A DNA stretch of 64,000 bases from a virus. A program made the position numbers and the translations under genes. Position 1 is the stretch's first letter. Each line of letters begins with the position of its first letter. Positions 1 to 10,483 of this stretch are shown piece by piece. The stretch is taken from the IMG/VR virus record IMGVR_UViG_3300018475_000123. One strand, 5' to 3'. The notes below the pieces were generated by a model, which was not told where the DNA came from, did no database searches, and was given only the letters and a program-made list of their open reading frames with translations.

Positions 1-74
1 AGCACGGTACTGCCGTACCGCCTTTTGAACCACCTACTCGGAAACACCGTAGCGTATTTCCGGCGATAAATTGT

Positions 75-833
75 TTAGCTGCTTCTTCGGAACTGTTCGA
101 TGAACTCGTCAAGTTCCGGCGTGGGTTGAAGCTCAGGCTCAGGTTTTTGAACCTTTGCTTTCGGCTTCTTAAATGAGGGTCGTGCAAACCCAAGGTCATT
201 TAACCATGAGTTCATGTAGGTGGGTTCCCATCCGGCAGAACGAGCCCACCAAGTATCTGTTGTCGATGTAGCTGCACTGTACGCAGCATTTGTTGCTGTC
301 TCAGCGGTGCTATACAGCGGAGCTTCTCTGATTGCCCTAAGCACTTCCTCCGACAATCTCGCATCAATTTGAGCCGCAAGCGCATCTCTTGCTGCAGTTG
401 CGGTAGTTGCTGCGTCTACTGTATGGCGCGAAATCTCTCTTGCAACTCTCATGCCACTATCACGAATCGTCACTCCGTCTTCTGTGCGATAGAGCTCTTC
501 GCTGTTACCAAAGATCAGATACTCTCCGGGATGAATAGGGATGAGTGTGTCGTTGGTCTCGTAATGGAATGCAGGGAAACACATATTTGCTTCTGGGGCA
601 TTCTCAACGATGTAAATGTCAAACCCATGATATCTGCCATAATATCCATTACCGTCAATTCTGACATTCTCACACCATTGGTAGTCTGTTCTCCGGGCGA
701 TCTGGTAATAAATTGATGGTGTTACTACAATAGCGACATTATCGTAGTGAGCTCCACGAGCAAGAAATGCGTCCACCTTGGTCATTGCATCTGCAATGAG
801 AAAATCAAGTTCATGGTCATTCATAACATTCAC
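75..833 (-). CDS. hypothetical protein (Ala/Thr-rich C-terminal half)
   Basis: 252-aa ORF with no recognisable catalytic motif; the gene continues the minus-strand operon. Confidence 0.35.
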   Translation of the reverse strand: MNVMNDHELDFLIADAMTKVDAFLARGAHYDNVAIVVTPSIYYQIARRTDYQWCENVRIDGNGYYGRYHGFDIYIVENAPEANMCFPAFHYETNDTLIPIHPGEYLIFGNSEELYRTEDGVTIRDSGMRVAREISRHTVDAATTATAARDALAAQIDARLSEEVLRAIREAPLYSTAETATNAAYSAATSTTDTWWARSAGWEPTYMNSWLNDLGFARPSFKKPKAKVQKPEPELQPTPELDEFIEQFRRSS

Positions 834-1086
834 CTGCCAATCTTACCTCGCCGACAACAGGAGAGATTTTACAGTTGTCTGCGAGTTTGTCGAAACAGTC
901 ACAGCAAAGCTGCAGATGTACTTCGCTGAGATCATACTTGCTTCCGTACCCAACGGATTTATGTATGGTAAAGTCTTCCTGCAAATCCCACTCATCGAGT
1001 GGTTTACCGCAGAGGTTACAGCATTTTGCTTCTGGCAAGTCAAAGCCCCCCTTTATTTCAATATGAAAGCGTAGTTTTATACACAA
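817..1086 (-). CDS. small Cys-rich (CxxC...CxxC) zinc-ribbon-like protein
   Basis: 89 aa with CCNLCGK and CCDCFDK cysteine pairs. Confidence 0.3.
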   Translation of the reverse strand: MCIKLRFHIEIKGGFDLPEAKCCNLCGKPLDEWDLQEDFTIHKSVGYGSKYDLSEVHLQLCCDCFDKLADNCKISPVVGEVRLAGECYE

Positions 1087-1112
1087 GCACCATGGCCTGG
1101 TTATGGGACTTG

Positions 1113-4100
1113 TTAAAAAACTCTTTGGTAGTCGGTCATCTTAAAGTAGCTGCCGTCACGCTCAAATCCCTTACAGAAAATGATATCGCCATCTTTGATA
1201 GGCTCTCTGTTGTAGACACTGTTGAACACCGTAAAGCGGCTTTCAACTCCACTGCCGATGGACTTTGTGAATACACTGTAGCCGAACTGCTTACCATCAC
1301 TTTTTCGGTGGAGCGGGATCAGCTTTGTGACATACAACTTTCTGCGGTCTGTTTCCTTTCCAGAGACATAACCGATGTAACCCATGACATCGTAGAAGTT
1401 CTTCACCTTAATAAGGTCGCTGAGGTCTTCCATGTTCATGCTTTTCACATAGGTTTCTGCGTCTCTCAGAATGGACATGACATCCAGCAGTGTGTAGCTT
1501 TTAGCTTCGCCGCCTGACTTGGTCACGCCGACTGCATACTTCTGAACGATGGGTTCCAACGGAGTTCCATCTACGACCGATTTCTTGATCTGCTTGGCGT
1601 CTCCCTTTTTGAAAGTGGAAAACAGGTCGACTAACCGCAGTAACTCTCGCTGGTTGCCAAAGTCGGAGAAGAAATCAAGCTGGATCAGAATCTCAAGCTG
1701 TCTTGAGTTGATAGATGTCTTCTTGTCGAGGTCATGGAGCAAATCCATGAAGTAGGTGTACTGCCGCTCCTTTGAGAGTTGGTACAATTCATCAGCCAGT
1801 GCTGCGCTCATGTACTTCACAGAAGACAAGCCTTTGGCGATGATGTTCCGCTCACGGTCGAAGAAGTAAACACCCCTTGATAGCCCCCACTTTGGCATGG
1901 TCACCTTGATACCGACTTTTGTGGCGTACTTGGTGATAGCCGCTGTCTTCTCCTGGTTGTCACCAAAGATGTTCAGCGCCGAAGTCAAAAACTCCAGAGG
2001 ATGGTAGTATCGCAGATAACCGCAGATATAACCGATGGAAGAATAAGCGTCTGAGTGGTTCCATGAAAAACCGTAGGCAGATGCGTCCAGAATGATTTGC
2101 AGGAACGGCTTGATAACCTCTTCGCACCGTTCTCGTGTGATGTCGTAGTGCTGAGAGGAGTAGTCAATGAACCGCTGCTCAATTTCCGGCAGAAGCGTTT
2201 CGGTTCCTTTCTTCTTGGCGATTGCACGGCGGACATTGTCCGACTCTGCATTGGAATAGCCACAGAATGTAACGAGGAACCGCATGATGGTTTCTTGCAT
2301 GGCAATTCGACCTGCTTCCATAGCGAGCATATCGTTTAATTCCTTGAAACCATTGTCGTAAAACTCACCATTTGCGACGCTGTTTCGGAAGCTGGCACAC
2401 GCCGGACGAATCAAACCATTGCCAAAGGACAGCCACTTAATCATGGAGAAGTTCGGAACAAGTTCCTTTGCAATCTGGATTGTCTGGTCAGACATGAACT
2501 TTTTCAGATAGGCTTGTGCCGAGTCACTTTCCCATTGGAAGATCAGTGTGGTGTCGTCTCGGATACTTTTCCAAACTGCCTCGTCTTCCATATCCGTATT
2601 ATCCGGTGTAAGGCGTTCAATGCCGAGTTTCTTACAGGTATCGTTGATAACGCCGATGTTGTCCAGACCGAGGATGTCCAACTTGACATACATCAAGTCA
2701 TCCAGTTCCTTCATGTTAATCATGGACACCGGATAATCAGAGGTTGAAATACTGCACAGACCGACGGTCTGGCTGATGGGCAGGTCGCTGATAAGGACGC
2801 CACTTGGATGGGTGCCGATAGACACGATGGTGCCACGAACAATATCTACATAACTGAAAAGCTCTTTGTATTTTGCACGAATGGCAGCCTTTTCGCTTTC
2901 GTTCTTGCTGTCTGCCGCTTTGGTGATGCTGGGAACCTCTGAAAGAGGAATGCCCAGTGCTCTGGCAACATCTCGAATGGCGCCCTTTTCTTCAATCGTA
3001 TTGAATGTGATGATCTCTGCCGACTGAATGTTGGGAAGCCCCATCTTTTCTTTTAAGAGGAACTCCTTGACGCGATCTCTGTCTTTGCCGCTGTAGTCTG
3101 TATCAATATCTGCGTTGGTAACACGGGACGGGTTCATGAAACGGAAGAAGTTCAAATCGAACTGGAGACTGTCCATTTCCGTAATGCCAAGCAGATAAGC
3201 GACCATGCTGCCGGACACAGAACCACGACCATATCCGCACTGGATGCCATTGGCTCGTTCCCATTCACGCAGATACCGTTGCAGAAGCATGAAGTCGATG
3301 GACTTTGTCGCCTTGTAAACTTCAATCTCCTCAGCAACCACTTTACCTAACCGCTCGCCACCGTGACGCTTGACTGCATACGGGTGAGTTTTGATTGCAT
3401 CGCTGATTTTCTCAACGAATGTCCGCTCCGGGTCTTCGTAGATGTGTGGGTATTTGGTTCCTCTATCGAGCTCAAACTCTTCTACCATATCCGCCATAAT
3501 GTTTGTCATTTCGATGGCCTGCATATAGACTTCATGCGGCAAGGAGTTTTGTTGTCTATAGGAACTGACGAGCTCGTCGTAGGTTTTGAATTTCAAATCC
3601 CACTTATCTTCCTCGTCAAATCGAATGTTTTTTGACCGCTGCAAGATTGCACGACCTCGTTCGTGCTCAGCGTTCAACACATGGGTATCAGTTCCTGCGA
3701 TCAACGGAATACCCGTTTCCTGGCTCAACTGATAGAGACGCTGGTTGTAAACAAGCTGTTTGTCATCCAGATGATGGCCAACTTCAAGGAAACAGCGGTG
3801 CTTGTTCTTCTTCATAAACGATAAGAACCGCTCCTGAATGAAGCCGTCTCCTTTTGCAAGAACACCGCCGATACAAGCTGTGGTAACGAGGATGTTGTCC
3901 GATGTTTGGAACAACTCGTCAAAGGAAATTCGGGGGACATAGTAGAAATGGTTGTCCTTTCTGTTGAAACTGCCGGTAACCAACTGGTTCAACTCAAGGA
4001 AACCATCATAGTTCTTTGCGATCAGTACACAGTGGTAATTGTCTCTGATCTTTTCAGTCAGATCGGAGGTGAGATACGCTTCAACGGCATGGATGTATTT

Positions 4101-4346
4101 CATGCCAGCCGCTTCAATAGCGGTCTTCTTATGCCACCACTCAAAAACGGAGCCATGCTCCGAAAAAGCCATTGCTTTCATACCGCACTCTTTAGCACGG
4201 GTTATGTATTCACCGAACTTGGTGACGGAGTCAATGTTGGTAACACCGTTACTCAAGTCTGAGTGAAGGTGATATACAACATAATTGTCGCTACCGATAG
4301 TAAAGCCTCCTCTCGTACAGTTTTTCCCACACTTCTTGCCCAGCAT
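1113..4346 (-). CDS. dnaE: DNA polymerase III alpha subunit (DnaE-type), N-terminal PHP domain
   Basis: 1077 aa. PHP motif VYHLHSDLSNG. Classic Pol III alpha palm signature GRGSVSGSMVAYLLGITEMDSL...FFRFMNPSRVTNADIDTDYS. Confidence 0.85.
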   Translation of the reverse strand: MLGKKCGKNCTRGGFTIGSDNYVVYHLHSDLSNGVTNIDSVTKFGEYITRAKECGMKAMAFSEHGSVFEWWHKKTAIEAAGMKYIHAVEAYLTSDLTEKIRDNYHCVLIAKNYDGFLELNQLVTGSFNRKDNHFYYVPRISFDELFQTSDNILVTTACIGGVLAKGDGFIQERFLSFMKKNKHRCFLEVGHHLDDKQLVYNQRLYQLSQETGIPLIAGTDTHVLNAEHERGRAILQRSKNIRFDEEDKWDLKFKTYDELVSSYRQQNSLPHEVYMQAIEMTNIMADMVEEFELDRGTKYPHIYEDPERTFVEKISDAIKTHPYAVKRHGGERLGKVVAEEIEVYKATKSIDFMLLQRYLREWERANGIQCGYGRGSVSGSMVAYLLGITEMDSLQFDLNFFRFMNPSRVTNADIDTDYSGKDRDRVKEFLLKEKMGLPNIQSAEIITFNTIEEKGAIRDVARALGIPLSEVPSITKAADSKNESEKAAIRAKYKELFSYVDIVRGTIVSIGTHPSGVLISDLPISQTVGLCSISTSDYPVSMINMKELDDLMYVKLDILGLDNIGVINDTCKKLGIERLTPDNTDMEDEAVWKSIRDDTTLIFQWESDSAQAYLKKFMSDQTIQIAKELVPNFSMIKWLSFGNGLIRPACASFRNSVANGEFYDNGFKELNDMLAMEAGRIAMQETIMRFLVTFCGYSNAESDNVRRAIAKKKGTETLLPEIEQRFIDYSSQHYDITRERCEEVIKPFLQIILDASAYGFSWNHSDAYSSIGYICGYLRYYHPLEFLTSALNIFGDNQEKTAAITKYATKVGIKVTMPKWGLSRGVYFFDRERNIIAKGLSSVKYMSAALADELYQLSKERQYTYFMDLLHDLDKKTSINSRQLEILIQLDFFSDFGNQRELLRLVDLFSTFKKGDAKQIKKSVVDGTPLEPIVQKYAVGVTKSGGEAKSYTLLDVMSILRDAETYVKSMNMEDLSDLIKVKNFYDVMGYIGYVSGKETDRRKLYVTKLIPLHRKSDGKQFGYSVFTKSIGSGVESRFTVFNSVYNREPIKDGDIIFCKGFERDGSYFKMTDYQRVF

Positions 4347-5271
4347 CGACCGGACTCATCTTGTCTTCCAGCAGATCATCCTTATCCCAGATGTACTCAA
4401 CTCGGACATAGCGTTTCAAACGCTTGATGTTTTCGTCCTCTCGGATATTCACGCCTTTGTCGAGGGCAAAAACTACTCGACAGCCGAGTTTGGCAAGTAT
4501 CTTTAACTGGTAAGGGTTCACATGAGAGGTAAGCAGAGCCGCTGTGTTGCGTATCCCCCAGGAGTCGGCAAGCATAACTGACTTTGCGCCCTCAAACAGG
4601 ATGATTTCGTTCTTGAGCAGGATGAAATCTCTGTTCTCGGCCAGCCCGTAGAGCGTGTCCAGGATGCCAAGTGGCTTGAAGTATGTGTATTTCCGCAACT
4701 TTTTCTCTTTCCATTGCTCGTCCACCGTTCTGCCGGACACATTGATGATCTGCCCGTCCACGCTTCGTATCGGATACACGATGCGGTCTGAAAAATCATC
4801 GTATGAGACCTGGAAACGCCGCAAAGACAGGTCTGAGATGCCTTCGTTTCGCCAAATCTCCAGCTTATCGTCTCTCGGAGTGTATCTGGACATATAGTCA
4901 TCAGGTAAAACCACTGATTTTGAGATTTTGACCTGCTTTTTCTTCGGCGCAAACTTCTTGGCGACCTTTGACGCCTCCATTTTTTGCCTTGGTGACGAGC
5001 AACCTTTTTCACCAGCATATTTTCGGAGAATATCTGCCGCTTTTGAGTCACCACACTGGTAGTAGCTCTTGATGAACGACAGAACATTGCCACCTTTGCC
5101 GGAAGAGAAGTCGTAAAACCGATTCATTTCGGTATTAACGGAGAATGATGGCGTCTCTTCCTCTTTAAGTGGAGACAATGCCCAATATTCACCGTTTTTT
5201 TCTTCAAACTCTGTGAACTGCGAGATATATTCGAGAATATCCACTGAATCAATAAGCTCCGAGAGCGTCAC
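4291..5271 (-). CDS. DnaG-like primase with TOPRIM core; the N-terminal zinc-finger region has lost its cysteines
   Basis: TPSFSVN...FYDFSSGKGGNVLSFI resembles the DnaG CHC2 zinc-binding region, but the Cys/His ligands are replaced. Downstream ILFEGAKSVMLADSWG is TOPRIM-like (E...D). The gene lies between polymerase and helicase. Confidence 0.5.
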   Translation of the reverse strand: MTLSELIDSVDILEYISQFTEFEEKNGEYWALSPLKEEETPSFSVNTEMNRFYDFSSGKGGNVLSFIKSYYQCGDSKAADILRKYAGEKGCSSPRQKMEASKVAKKFAPKKKQVKISKSVVLPDDYMSRYTPRDDKLEIWRNEGISDLSLRRFQVSYDDFSDRIVYPIRSVDGQIINVSGRTVDEQWKEKKLRKYTYFKPLGILDTLYGLAENRDFILLKNEIILFEGAKSVMLADSWGIRNTAALLTSHVNPYQLKILAKLGCRVVFALDKGVNIREDENIKRLKRYVRVEYIWDKDDLLEDKMSPVDAGQEVWEKLYERRLYYR

Positions 5272-5310
5272 ACCATCACCTCCGTCGAGTTATTTTATTA
5301 TGTTGGCAGA

Positions 5311-6675
5311 TTAAAAGGGTGTCTGCGGAATGTGCTGTCTGGCCTGTTCATACAGGATAATATTTCCGTTGAACTGCAAGTCGATGTATTCTCCTTGTGC
5401 CATCTGCATACCGTTTCGGTTCAAAATAACAGACAACTTTTTGTTGCCGCACTCAACACCGTCTGCCTCGATCTCATCAGGTGTCTTATCCCGGATGACT
5501 GCAATCGTTGATGCGTTTCTGCCGATTTTGGCACTGTCTGCGACCTTGCCGGTCGCTGTAGCCTGTGCAGCACCAAGACCTGCAATGTTCATCTCACCGC
5601 AAATCTGGTTCTTGACCATGTCAACAAACCTGCCGAGTTCCTGATAACTGTCAAACGCATCACCCTCGCCTTTACCCTTAAAGTAATCAACGATCAAGAC
5701 ATCCAACCCCTGCGTATGCTTGACTTTTTTGACCGCAGTATAGATACTTTGCTGGTCAAACATAGGGATATAGATGTGGGTGAACTTTCTGGTCTTCAAC
5801 CACTCTTTGGCGTTCATGATTCGACGCTCTTCCTCGTCTGTGTAGTTACCTGCGGTCAGTCGCTTAAACTCAATGCCCGTCAGGTGAGACAGAATTCTCG
5901 CTGTGAACAGTCTTGAGTTCAACTCACTATCCAGATAGAGAATGGCAAGGTCTTGCTTTAACATATCCACAGCACAATTCAGAAGCATCATACTTTTGCC
6001 TTGCTTGGCTTCGGCTGCAAAGATGAAAAGCTCACCACGCTCAAGGGTGGCATATTCGTTCAGAGCTGGGAACTTGAACGGAATGCCTGCATAACCGTTG
6101 CCTTGGCGTTCTTTGATTTTTGCCCAGCAATCATCTACGATTTCTGCATATGGCGGTACATCATTCGTTGTGGAATACTCCATCATGATGTCGTCAAGGG
6201 ATGCGTAGATTTTCTGCTCCAGGTCTTTCTCAGTATCATCGAGACAAAGAGCTTCGCACTCTCGCAGCTTCTTAAAGGTATCTCTTCGCAAAGCCGCATT
6301 GAGAACATTGCTGACCAGCATCTTATATTCCTCGACAGAGCGTCTTGCCAGAGTGTCACTCATGTCGATGAAATCTTGCAGTTCATCGATTTGCAATTCC
6401 GCAGCATAGCGTCTTGTGTTTTCGTTGGACTCCAGAGCGTTGATGATGTTGTATGCGTCAACCGTCCCGATGTTTTGCTGGGTCAGAATGGTGATTGCCA
6501 GGTACATATAGGCGTTTTGCCTGTCACAGAAGTGATTCGGCAAGAGATTCTCTGAATAGAAAATCAACTCCGGGTTATGTATCAAAGAAGCAATTATGCC
6601 AGACTCGCTTGTGATGTTATTGATGTCTTCGATTTTGATATTTCTCACCTCTTTGTCAACTCGAAGTAGTCGCAA
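5311..6675 (-). CDS. dnaB: DnaB-family replicative helicase
   Basis: 454 aa. Walker A FIFAAEAKQGKSMMLLN. DnaB-like C-terminal RecA fold (LYLDSE, arginine finger region). Confidence 0.75.
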   Translation of the reverse strand: MRLLRVDKEVRNIKIEDINNITSESGIIASLIHNPELIFYSENLLPNHFCDRQNAYMYLAITILTQQNIGTVDAYNIINALESNENTRRYAAELQIDELQDFIDMSDTLARRSVEEYKMLVSNVLNAALRRDTFKKLRECEALCLDDTEKDLEQKIYASLDDIMMEYSTTNDVPPYAEIVDDCWAKIKERQGNGYAGIPFKFPALNEYATLERGELFIFAAEAKQGKSMMLLNCAVDMLKQDLAILYLDSELNSRLFTARILSHLTGIEFKRLTAGNYTDEEERRIMNAKEWLKTRKFTHIYIPMFDQQSIYTAVKKVKHTQGLDVLIVDYFKGKGEGDAFDSYQELGRFVDMVKNQICGEMNIAGLGAAQATATGKVADSAKIGRNASTIAVIRDKTPDEIEADGVECGNKKLSVILNRNGMQMAQGEYIDLQFNGNIILYEQARQHIPQTPF

Positions 6676-7436
6676 TAGTCCTGCATTTCACACAGGTATC
6701 GGCACTTGAAATACTCAATATTTGGGCGGAACTCTGTTTCAGTTGCGATCTCGTCAACCTTATCTTTAACCCACAGCTTTGCGTTATCACAGGCATCTTC
6801 AAGAAACGGTTCTTCGATACGCAGTTGACTACGGAAGCAATTAAAGCAAAGTGTACTCGGCGGCTTACCGTAATGGTCATTGACGAAAATTGAGTACAGA
6901 TACAACTGTTTCAGATATTGGTCAAGCTCCAGATCGGACTTTGTTGGTTTGCTTCGATGGCTCCGAGGTTTCAATGTTCTCGACTTGTTGTCTACAACAA
7001 TGATCTCGCCATTCTTATCTTCTTCCAACAAATCGATATAGCCAATGAATGGTATATCTCCGATTTGGAACTCTACTTTATTCTCAACGGAAAGAATCTT
7101 GTTTGGAGGAGTAGTCAGCCCTCTCAAATAATTCAGACCGTCAAGGAAGTAGTTTTTGAATATGGTCTTATTGGGTGCATAAGCATTGACCTGTTCACGA
7201 AAGTTCTGCAGATATTCTGCTTCAACTTGCGCCGCAGTTTTCTCACCAGAATAGAAGCTGGCAAGCAACTCATGAACGAACTTGCCGTAGTTTGCAAAGA
7301 ACATATCCTTACCCTTGACCCTTGGGTAACGAATGTATTTCAAGTACCAGCGGTATGGGCAGTCATCAAAGGCTTTGATCCTGGAATAACTCCAGGTCAT
7401 GTCCCGAATCAATGGTTCGTAGCTGATTTCTCCCAT
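6645..7436 (-). CDS. PD-(D/E)XK nuclease, Cas4/RecB-like with C-terminal Cys cluster
   Basis: N-terminal SYSRIKAFDDCPYRWYLKY. GYIDLLEED...VVDNKS (D..E.K core). C-terminal CRYLCEMQDYCDYF Fe-S-type cysteines. Confidence 0.65.
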   Translation of the reverse strand: MGEISYEPLIRDMTWSYSRIKAFDDCPYRWYLKYIRYPRVKGKDMFFANYGKFVHELLASFYSGEKTAAQVEAEYLQNFREQVNAYAPNKTIFKNYFLDGLNYLRGLTTPPNKILSVENKVEFQIGDIPFIGYIDLLEEDKNGEIIVVDNKSRTLKPRSHRSKPTKSDLELDQYLKQLYLYSIFVNDHYGKPPSTLCFNCFRSQLRIEEPFLEDACDNAKLWVKDKVDEIATETEFRPNIEYFKCRYLCEMQDYCDYFELTKR

Positions 7437-7452
7437 AGGCCGCCCGCCTTAA

Positions 7453-7821
7453 TCAGAACGGCAGACGGCTGTCGTCGACTTCTCCGTCGTCAACAGAGTG
7501 CTCAGGTTCAGTGCTGTTTGCGCCATCACCATCGGCATCCTCGAAAGAGAAAATCTTGTAGTTGGTGTATGTAGTTTTCTTGGCGGCGTCGTACTTGGTG
7601 GTCACATCGCAATCGCCGATCTTGATGCGAGAACCCTCGTGCAGCAGCGTTGCTTTCTTGGCGGCTGCTGTGCCGATACACAGAACGAAACCGGAGAAGT
7701 CCTGCTCGTACTCGCCAGTCTGTTTGTTCTTACGGCTGACCGAGATACGAATCTTGGTATTCGTGTCACTCATGGGGGACACTTCCCAAACCTTTGCATA
7801 GGCGCCTGTACGGAAACCCAT
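7453..7821 (-). CDS. ssb: single-stranded DNA-binding protein
   Basis: 122 aa with an OB-fold-like core and an acidic C-terminal tail ending DDSRLPF (SSB DDDIPF-type tip). Confidence 0.65.
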   Translation of the reverse strand: MGFRTGAYAKVWEVSPMSDTNTKIRISVSRKNKQTGEYEQDFSGFVLCIGTAAAKKATLLHEGSRIKIGDCDVTTKYDAAKKTTYTNYKIFSFEDADGDGANSTEPEHSVDDGEVDDSRLPF

Positions 7822-7842
7822 TTTGAATTCCTCCTTTGTATG

Positions 7843-8532
7843 TTACGCACCGACGGCGGTCTGCAGCTCCTGCAGCAGCTTACCAGCCAGCGTGGATTCC
7901 TTGATTGCGAAGTAGTCGCCGTTCTTCACATACTTGGTGACCAGCTTCTTCACATCGTCTTTCTTGTCGGGGTGTGCAGCCAGGTAGTCCTTGATCGTCT
8001 TGTCGATGCTTTCGATGATCTGATTGGTGATGACCCGGTCTTCCTCTGCCTCAGCTTCTTTCTGCTTGCTACGGAACTTATCGGGGTCATCGTTGGAGGT
8101 GGAAATGTTGAAGAACTTCAACAGGAAATAACGGGAAGAGTAGGTAAGGCCGGAGCCAAAACTCTGAGATGCGTCGCTCTGCTGGCCAACCATAGACCAG
8201 GTCTTTACGATTCGCTCCTCGGGATTGCTATTGTTTACCCATGTCCAGGTCATATCGGCGCTAACAAGCACCTCGTTGACATTCTCCTCGTAGATTTCGC
8301 CCTTTGGCGTAGTCTTGGTCTTCTTATAAGGATAGGGGATGACCTTGGTAGTTCCGGGGACGATGTCAGGGAATAGAGAGAGATCGTACTTCTCCATGAA
8401 GACTGTGATCTTGGCCAGGATGCTCTCTTCTTTGGTGTAGTTGTATCCATAAGCCTTGGTATCTTTCTTCATGATCTCAACCTGCTTACGGATTTTGGCG
8501 AGCTTCTGGTAGATGTTCATCTGTTCAGCCAT
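7843..8532 (-). CDS. ERF-family single-strand annealing protein (putative)
   Basis: N-terminal IYQKLAKIRKQV...KKDTKAYGYNYTKEESILAKI resembles the ERF/Sak N-terminal region. It sits next to SSB and a nuclease, the classic recombination trio. Confidence 0.45.
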   Translation of the reverse strand: MAEQMNIYQKLAKIRKQVEIMKKDTKAYGYNYTKEESILAKITVFMEKYDLSLFPDIVPGTTKVIPYPYKKTKTTPKGEIYEENVNEVLVSADMTWTWVNNSNPEERIVKTWSMVGQQSDASQSFGSGLTYSSRYFLLKFFNISTSNDDPDKFRSKQKEAEAEEDRVITNQIIESIDKTIKDYLAAHPDKKDDVKKLVTKYVKNGDYFAIKESTLAGKLLQELQTAVGA

Positions 8533-8544
8533 GAATACCTCCCA

Positions 8545-8814
8545 TTATTCGTCGCCCAGAAGAGCACGGAAGTTGTCAATGACTTTGTCGTTCTTTGCCT
8601 TTGCTTCAGTCAGACCGGCTCTTGTAGCATCAAGTCCCTTCTGGTAATCATCGATCTCGCGGATGGTATCCTCGATGCCACGGCTGATCTCTCCAAGGTT
8701 GTCGATGGTGTTCGTGACCAGAGAAACTGCGCTGTCGTACTGAGCCATATACTGGCTCAACTGTGCCTGCTTCTTCAGCATGATGTCGGGGTTTTTGTTT
8801 TTTCTGAACGCCAT
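8545..8814 (-). CDS. hypothetical coiled-coil protein
   Basis: 89-aa ORF in the operon. Confidence 0.3.
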   Translation of the reverse strand: MAFRKNKNPDIMLKKQAQLSQYMAQYDSAVSLVTNTIDNLGEISRGIEDTIREIDDYQKGLDATRAGLTEAKAKNDKVIDNFRALLGDE

Positions 8815-9434
8815 TATGTATTCTCCTTTTCTTCGATTAAATATGTGGCTTCCATATCTGCCAGATGTGTGAGCAGTGCAAGTTTGCTTCGCTCAAAGAT
8901 TTTGCCAATGAAATACTCACCGCCTTTGACCGAAGTATCAAAACCACCCATATGGGCACGGATGGCGCAGATTTCTTCCGGTGTCAAACGGATAAAGTTC
9001 TGGAGGATAATCACAGATTTTTCGCCGTGACCACATGGGAATTTCTCGTCAACCTCATATACTTCCTTTTGAACCCATACGCCATTTTCCTTGACATTAC
9101 GGGTTCCTTTTTTGTAGTAGTTGACTTTGCAGGCATCGTGCAGCAGCGAAATAATAGCAATCGTTTCATCGCTGTACTGTTCTTTCAGACCGGCGTGTTC
9201 AAGCAGCCCAACAAGGCAGTGGTAAACATTGAGTGAATGTTCAAGCAAACCACCTTCATGATTTCCATGGAATCGTGTTGATGCGGGTGCGGTGAAAAAG
9301 TCTGACTGCGTCAGCCAGTCGAGCAGGTCTTCCTTGCCGTCTCTTGTGATAAGTGTGTGATACAACTCCAAAAACTCAGCTTTCTTTTCTTCCATAGTCT
9401 CACCTCCGATCTGAAATAGATTGATATATATCAA
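8814..9434 (-). CDS. HD-domain phosphohydrolase
   Basis: H...HD motif: FHGNHEGGLLEHSLNV ... IISLLHDACK. Confidence 0.65.
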   Translation of the reverse strand: MIYINLFQIGGETMEEKKAEFLELYHTLITRDGKEDLLDWLTQSDFFTAPASTRFHGNHEGGLLEHSLNVYHCLVGLLEHAGLKEQYSDETIAIISLLHDACKVNYYKKGTRNVKENGVWVQKEVYEVDEKFPCGHGEKSVIILQNFIRLTPEEICAIRAHMGGFDTSVKGGEYFIGKIFERSKLALLTHLADMEATYLIEEKENT

Positions 9435-9477
9435 CCACGATTGTGGATTGCTTGCGATTTATTTTATTATGTTGATG

Positions 9478-9512
9478 GCGTATGTAAAAGCACCCGCCGG
9501 AACGGGTGCTTG
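9478..9512 (-). terminator. rho-independent terminator after gene 9516-10466
   Basis: Hairpin gcacccg-ccggaa-cgggtgc followed by a T-run on the minus strand. Confidence 0.45.
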
Positions 9513-9515
9513 AAC

Positions 9516-10466
9516 TCAAATCGAAAAAGCCAGCTTCCATCTCTGGTAATCGTCCATGTAGTCCTTGGCCTTTCTATTTTGTTTTTGCCGGAGCGTCGCT
9601 CTACCCTCTAAGGAATAAGTCTTACCAGACATTTCCTGGATAGCTGCTTCTGAGAAGTCGGCGGGGATACCGGCTCGCTCCATCTCATACATCCGATAGA
9701 ACAGACCAGATAACCAAATGCGATAGAAACTAAGTTGCTGTTGGGTCTTGCCGTTCTTAAACGCCTCCGTCAGTCTTTTGGAGAGAGTAGAGCGTAAGGT
9801 AAGCAACTGCGTATTAGCCTTTATCCCACGCATCAAAGTTGTTCCTGCGATTCTGTCCCGAATTACGAGCTTTGAGTAGTTCGGATGCTTATAGGAGAAT
9901 TGCGTGAGTTGGATTGCATTACGAAAAGCCGGAAGAGCCTCTCTGTAAATTGGACGCTCCTGACCATTATGGTCGATGGTCATATTTGCCATGTCAACAT
10001 CCTTTGTTTCGATCTGCAGGGTATCTTCTTCTGGAATACCGGCATACCCCATCCAGAAAAAGCAGCGGTAGATGTTGTCGATTGTCTCTTCGTCCTCTGT
10101 GTCAAAAACCTCGTTCAGGTATTTCTGCAGATGAAGAGGGCTCGAAACCATCTGCGCTCTTACTTTGTCAAGGCCGAGAAGGTCGACATGCATGATGCTG
10201 TCACAGGCACCAGGATACTTGTTTGCAATACACCAGCGCACATACTCACGCATGATAATGATGCCCATCCATTTACTTGCGGCTCTCAAACCCAAAACAT
10301 TATTGATTGCAGGCTGCAGCTCGTCAACGGTAAAGGCACACATATCTTTTTCATAGGTCTCTTCGTATGCCGAAAGCGCTTCAAACATATTGCAGGCTAC
10401 ATTCGATGTATGAATACTCTTTGTGTAACCGGCTATGAACTTCCGTTTCTGTTCCTCGTTATACAT
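9516..10466 (-). CDS. hypothetical protein
   Basis: 316-aa ORF with no confident motif; see the rejected integrase idea. Confidence 0.35.
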   Translation of the reverse strand: MYNEEQKRKFIAGYTKSIHTSNVACNMFEALSAYEETYEKDMCAFTVDELQPAINNVLGLRAASKWMGIIIMREYVRWCIANKYPGACDSIMHVDLLGLDKVRAQMVSSPLHLQKYLNEVFDTEDEETIDNIYRCFFWMGYAGIPEEDTLQIETKDVDMANMTIDHNGQERPIYREALPAFRNAIQLTQFSYKHPNYSKLVIRDRIAGTTLMRGIKANTQLLTLRSTLSKRLTEAFKNGKTQQQLSFYRIWLSGLFYRMYEMERAGIPADFSEAAIQEMSGKTYSLEGRATLRQKQNRKAKDYMDDYQRWKLAFSI

Positions 10467-10483
10467 AATTAAACCTCCTTGAA

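Noticed and set aside
9516-10466. tyrosine integrase/recombinase
   Set aside because: No R..K..HxxR..Y catalytic pattern could be identified. It is kept as hypothetical.
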